From positions 1-28,155 of the IMG/VR virus record IMGVR_UViG_2547132281_000009: DNA of 28,155 nt; one strand, 5' to 3'. Under the pieces are notes generated by a model. It ran no database searches. It was not told where the DNA came from and worked only from the letters and a program-made list of their open reading frames with translations. Origin of the DNA: a virus. Its lineage: Duplodnaviria; Heunggongvirae; Uroviricota; Caudoviricetes. Below, one piece after another: positions 27,223-28,155 of the stretch; within the stretch, counting starts at the first letter, position 1, and the number at the start of each line of letters is the position of its first letter. Both the position numbers and the translations under genes were made by a program.

Positions 27223-28155
27223 TTATGCCGGGTTTTTATCATTTTTCTTAATGTTTTCCGCACGTTCTGCTTTTTGGCGTGCTTCTGCTTTACGCTTGTT
27301 GCTCATGTCGTTACGAATCTGTGCATGACTCATTAACGCGAAGATAAAGGTGCCGCCGCAGATGTTCCCCGCTAAAGTAGGTAGTGCGAAGGGCCAGATG
27401 AAATCGCTCCAGTGCAGCGTACCGTTAAACACCAGATAGAGGATTTCAACAGAACCGACCACGATATGGGTGGTGTCACCCAGGGCAATAAGCCAGGTCA
27501 TCAATATAATCACCACAATCTTTGCCGCACCTGCTGCAGGAAACATCCATACCATAGTGGCGATCAGCCAGCCGGAAATGATCGCGTTGGCAAACATCTC
27601 GCTGGGGGTGTTCTTCATCACATCCATGCCGATTTTGACAAATGCATCGCGAGTTTCTTCATTGAAGATAGGCATATATTCAAATGCCCATGCAGCAATA
27701 CCTGTCCCGAGAATATTACCCAGCAGCACGACGCCCCATAATCGCATAAGTAAGCCGACGTTGCTCATTGTCGGTTTTTGCATGACGGGTAGTACCGCAG
27801 TCACGGTGTTTTCGGTAAATAATTGCTGGCGGGCCATAATGACGATAATAAAACCAAAGGTATAACCGAGATTCTCCAGTAAGAAGCTGCCCGGCACACC
27901 TTCCAGTTCGACATGAAATATCCCTTTTGCCAGTAACGAAGCGCCCATCGACAGACCCGCCGCAATGGCTGACCACAGTAGCGCCATTGCGTCGCGTTCC
28001 AGCTCTTTTTCACCATCCTGGCGGATATGCTCATGAATTGCCATCGCCCGGGAGGGGAGTCGGTCTTCATCTATTTCTATTTTTTTGCCGCGCTCTTTTT
28101 CTTCGCTCTCAACTTCAATTTCGTCGCTGTGTTGATCAATTTTGTCGTTGTCCAT
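27223..28155 (-). CDS. yfdC: Inner-membrane formate/nitrite-transporter-family protein YfdC (310 aa)
   Basis: Multi-TM protein matching YfdC as I recall it; yfdC is the chromosomal neighbour of argW in E. coli; start codon is at the window edge. Confidence 0.85.
   Translation of the reverse strand: MDNDKIDQHSDEIEVESEEKERGKKIEIDEDRLPSRAMAIHEHIRQDGEKELERDAMALLWSAIAAGLSMGASLLAKGIFHVELEGVPGSFLLENLGYTFGFIIVIMARQQLFTENTVTAVLPVMQKPTMSNVGLLMRLWGVVLLGNILGTGIAAWAFEYMPIFNEETRDAFVKIGMDVMKNTPSEMFANAIISGWLIATMVWMFPAAGAAKIVVIILMTWLIALGDTTHIVVGSVEILYLVFNGTLHWSDFIWPFALPTLAGNICGGTFIFALMSHAQIRNDMSNKRKAEARQKAERAENIKKNDKNPA

Noticed and set aside
27412-28070. Plus- and minus-strand ORFs inside yfdC
   Set aside because: Overlap the yfdC reading frame; the multi-TM YfdC translation is the coherent one

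Overview
This window is an E. coli argW-linked accessory region: the 3' part of the sucrose permease gene cscB (1-870), a ~25.8 kb defective mosaic prophage (about 1312-27085) bounded by a 15-bp direct repeat of the tRNA 3' end, the intact tRNA-Arg(CCT) argW (27071-27147, minus) and yfdC (27223-28155, minus). The prophage combines a lambda-type immunity region (N, cI, cro, cII with OL/OR operators and nut sites, near-identical to lambda as I recall it) with P22-like tail/ejection genes (gp10, gp26, gp14, gp7, gp20, gp16), a P22-type immI region (mnt, arc, ant) and a P22-type tailspike, ending in a P4-family integrase next to argW. The replication, Q, lysis, terminase, portal, scaffold and coat modules are absent, so the element cannot be a complete phage. 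The ant gene is split by a 2442-bp IS66-family element with a perfect 8-bp target duplication. Two loci stand out as candidate undescribed systems: (i) a ~290-aa gene of unknown family occupying the rexAB slot immediately downstream of cI, and (ii) an AT-rich cassette between gp16 and mnt (the P22 sieA slot) encoding a 239-aa unknown protein translationally coupled to a PIN-domain nuclease, followed by a small membrane-anchored coiled-coil protein. All homology calls are from reading the translations and from memory of the lambda/P22 families; no database search was run, and hand-derived coordinates of short sites may be off by 1-2 nt.
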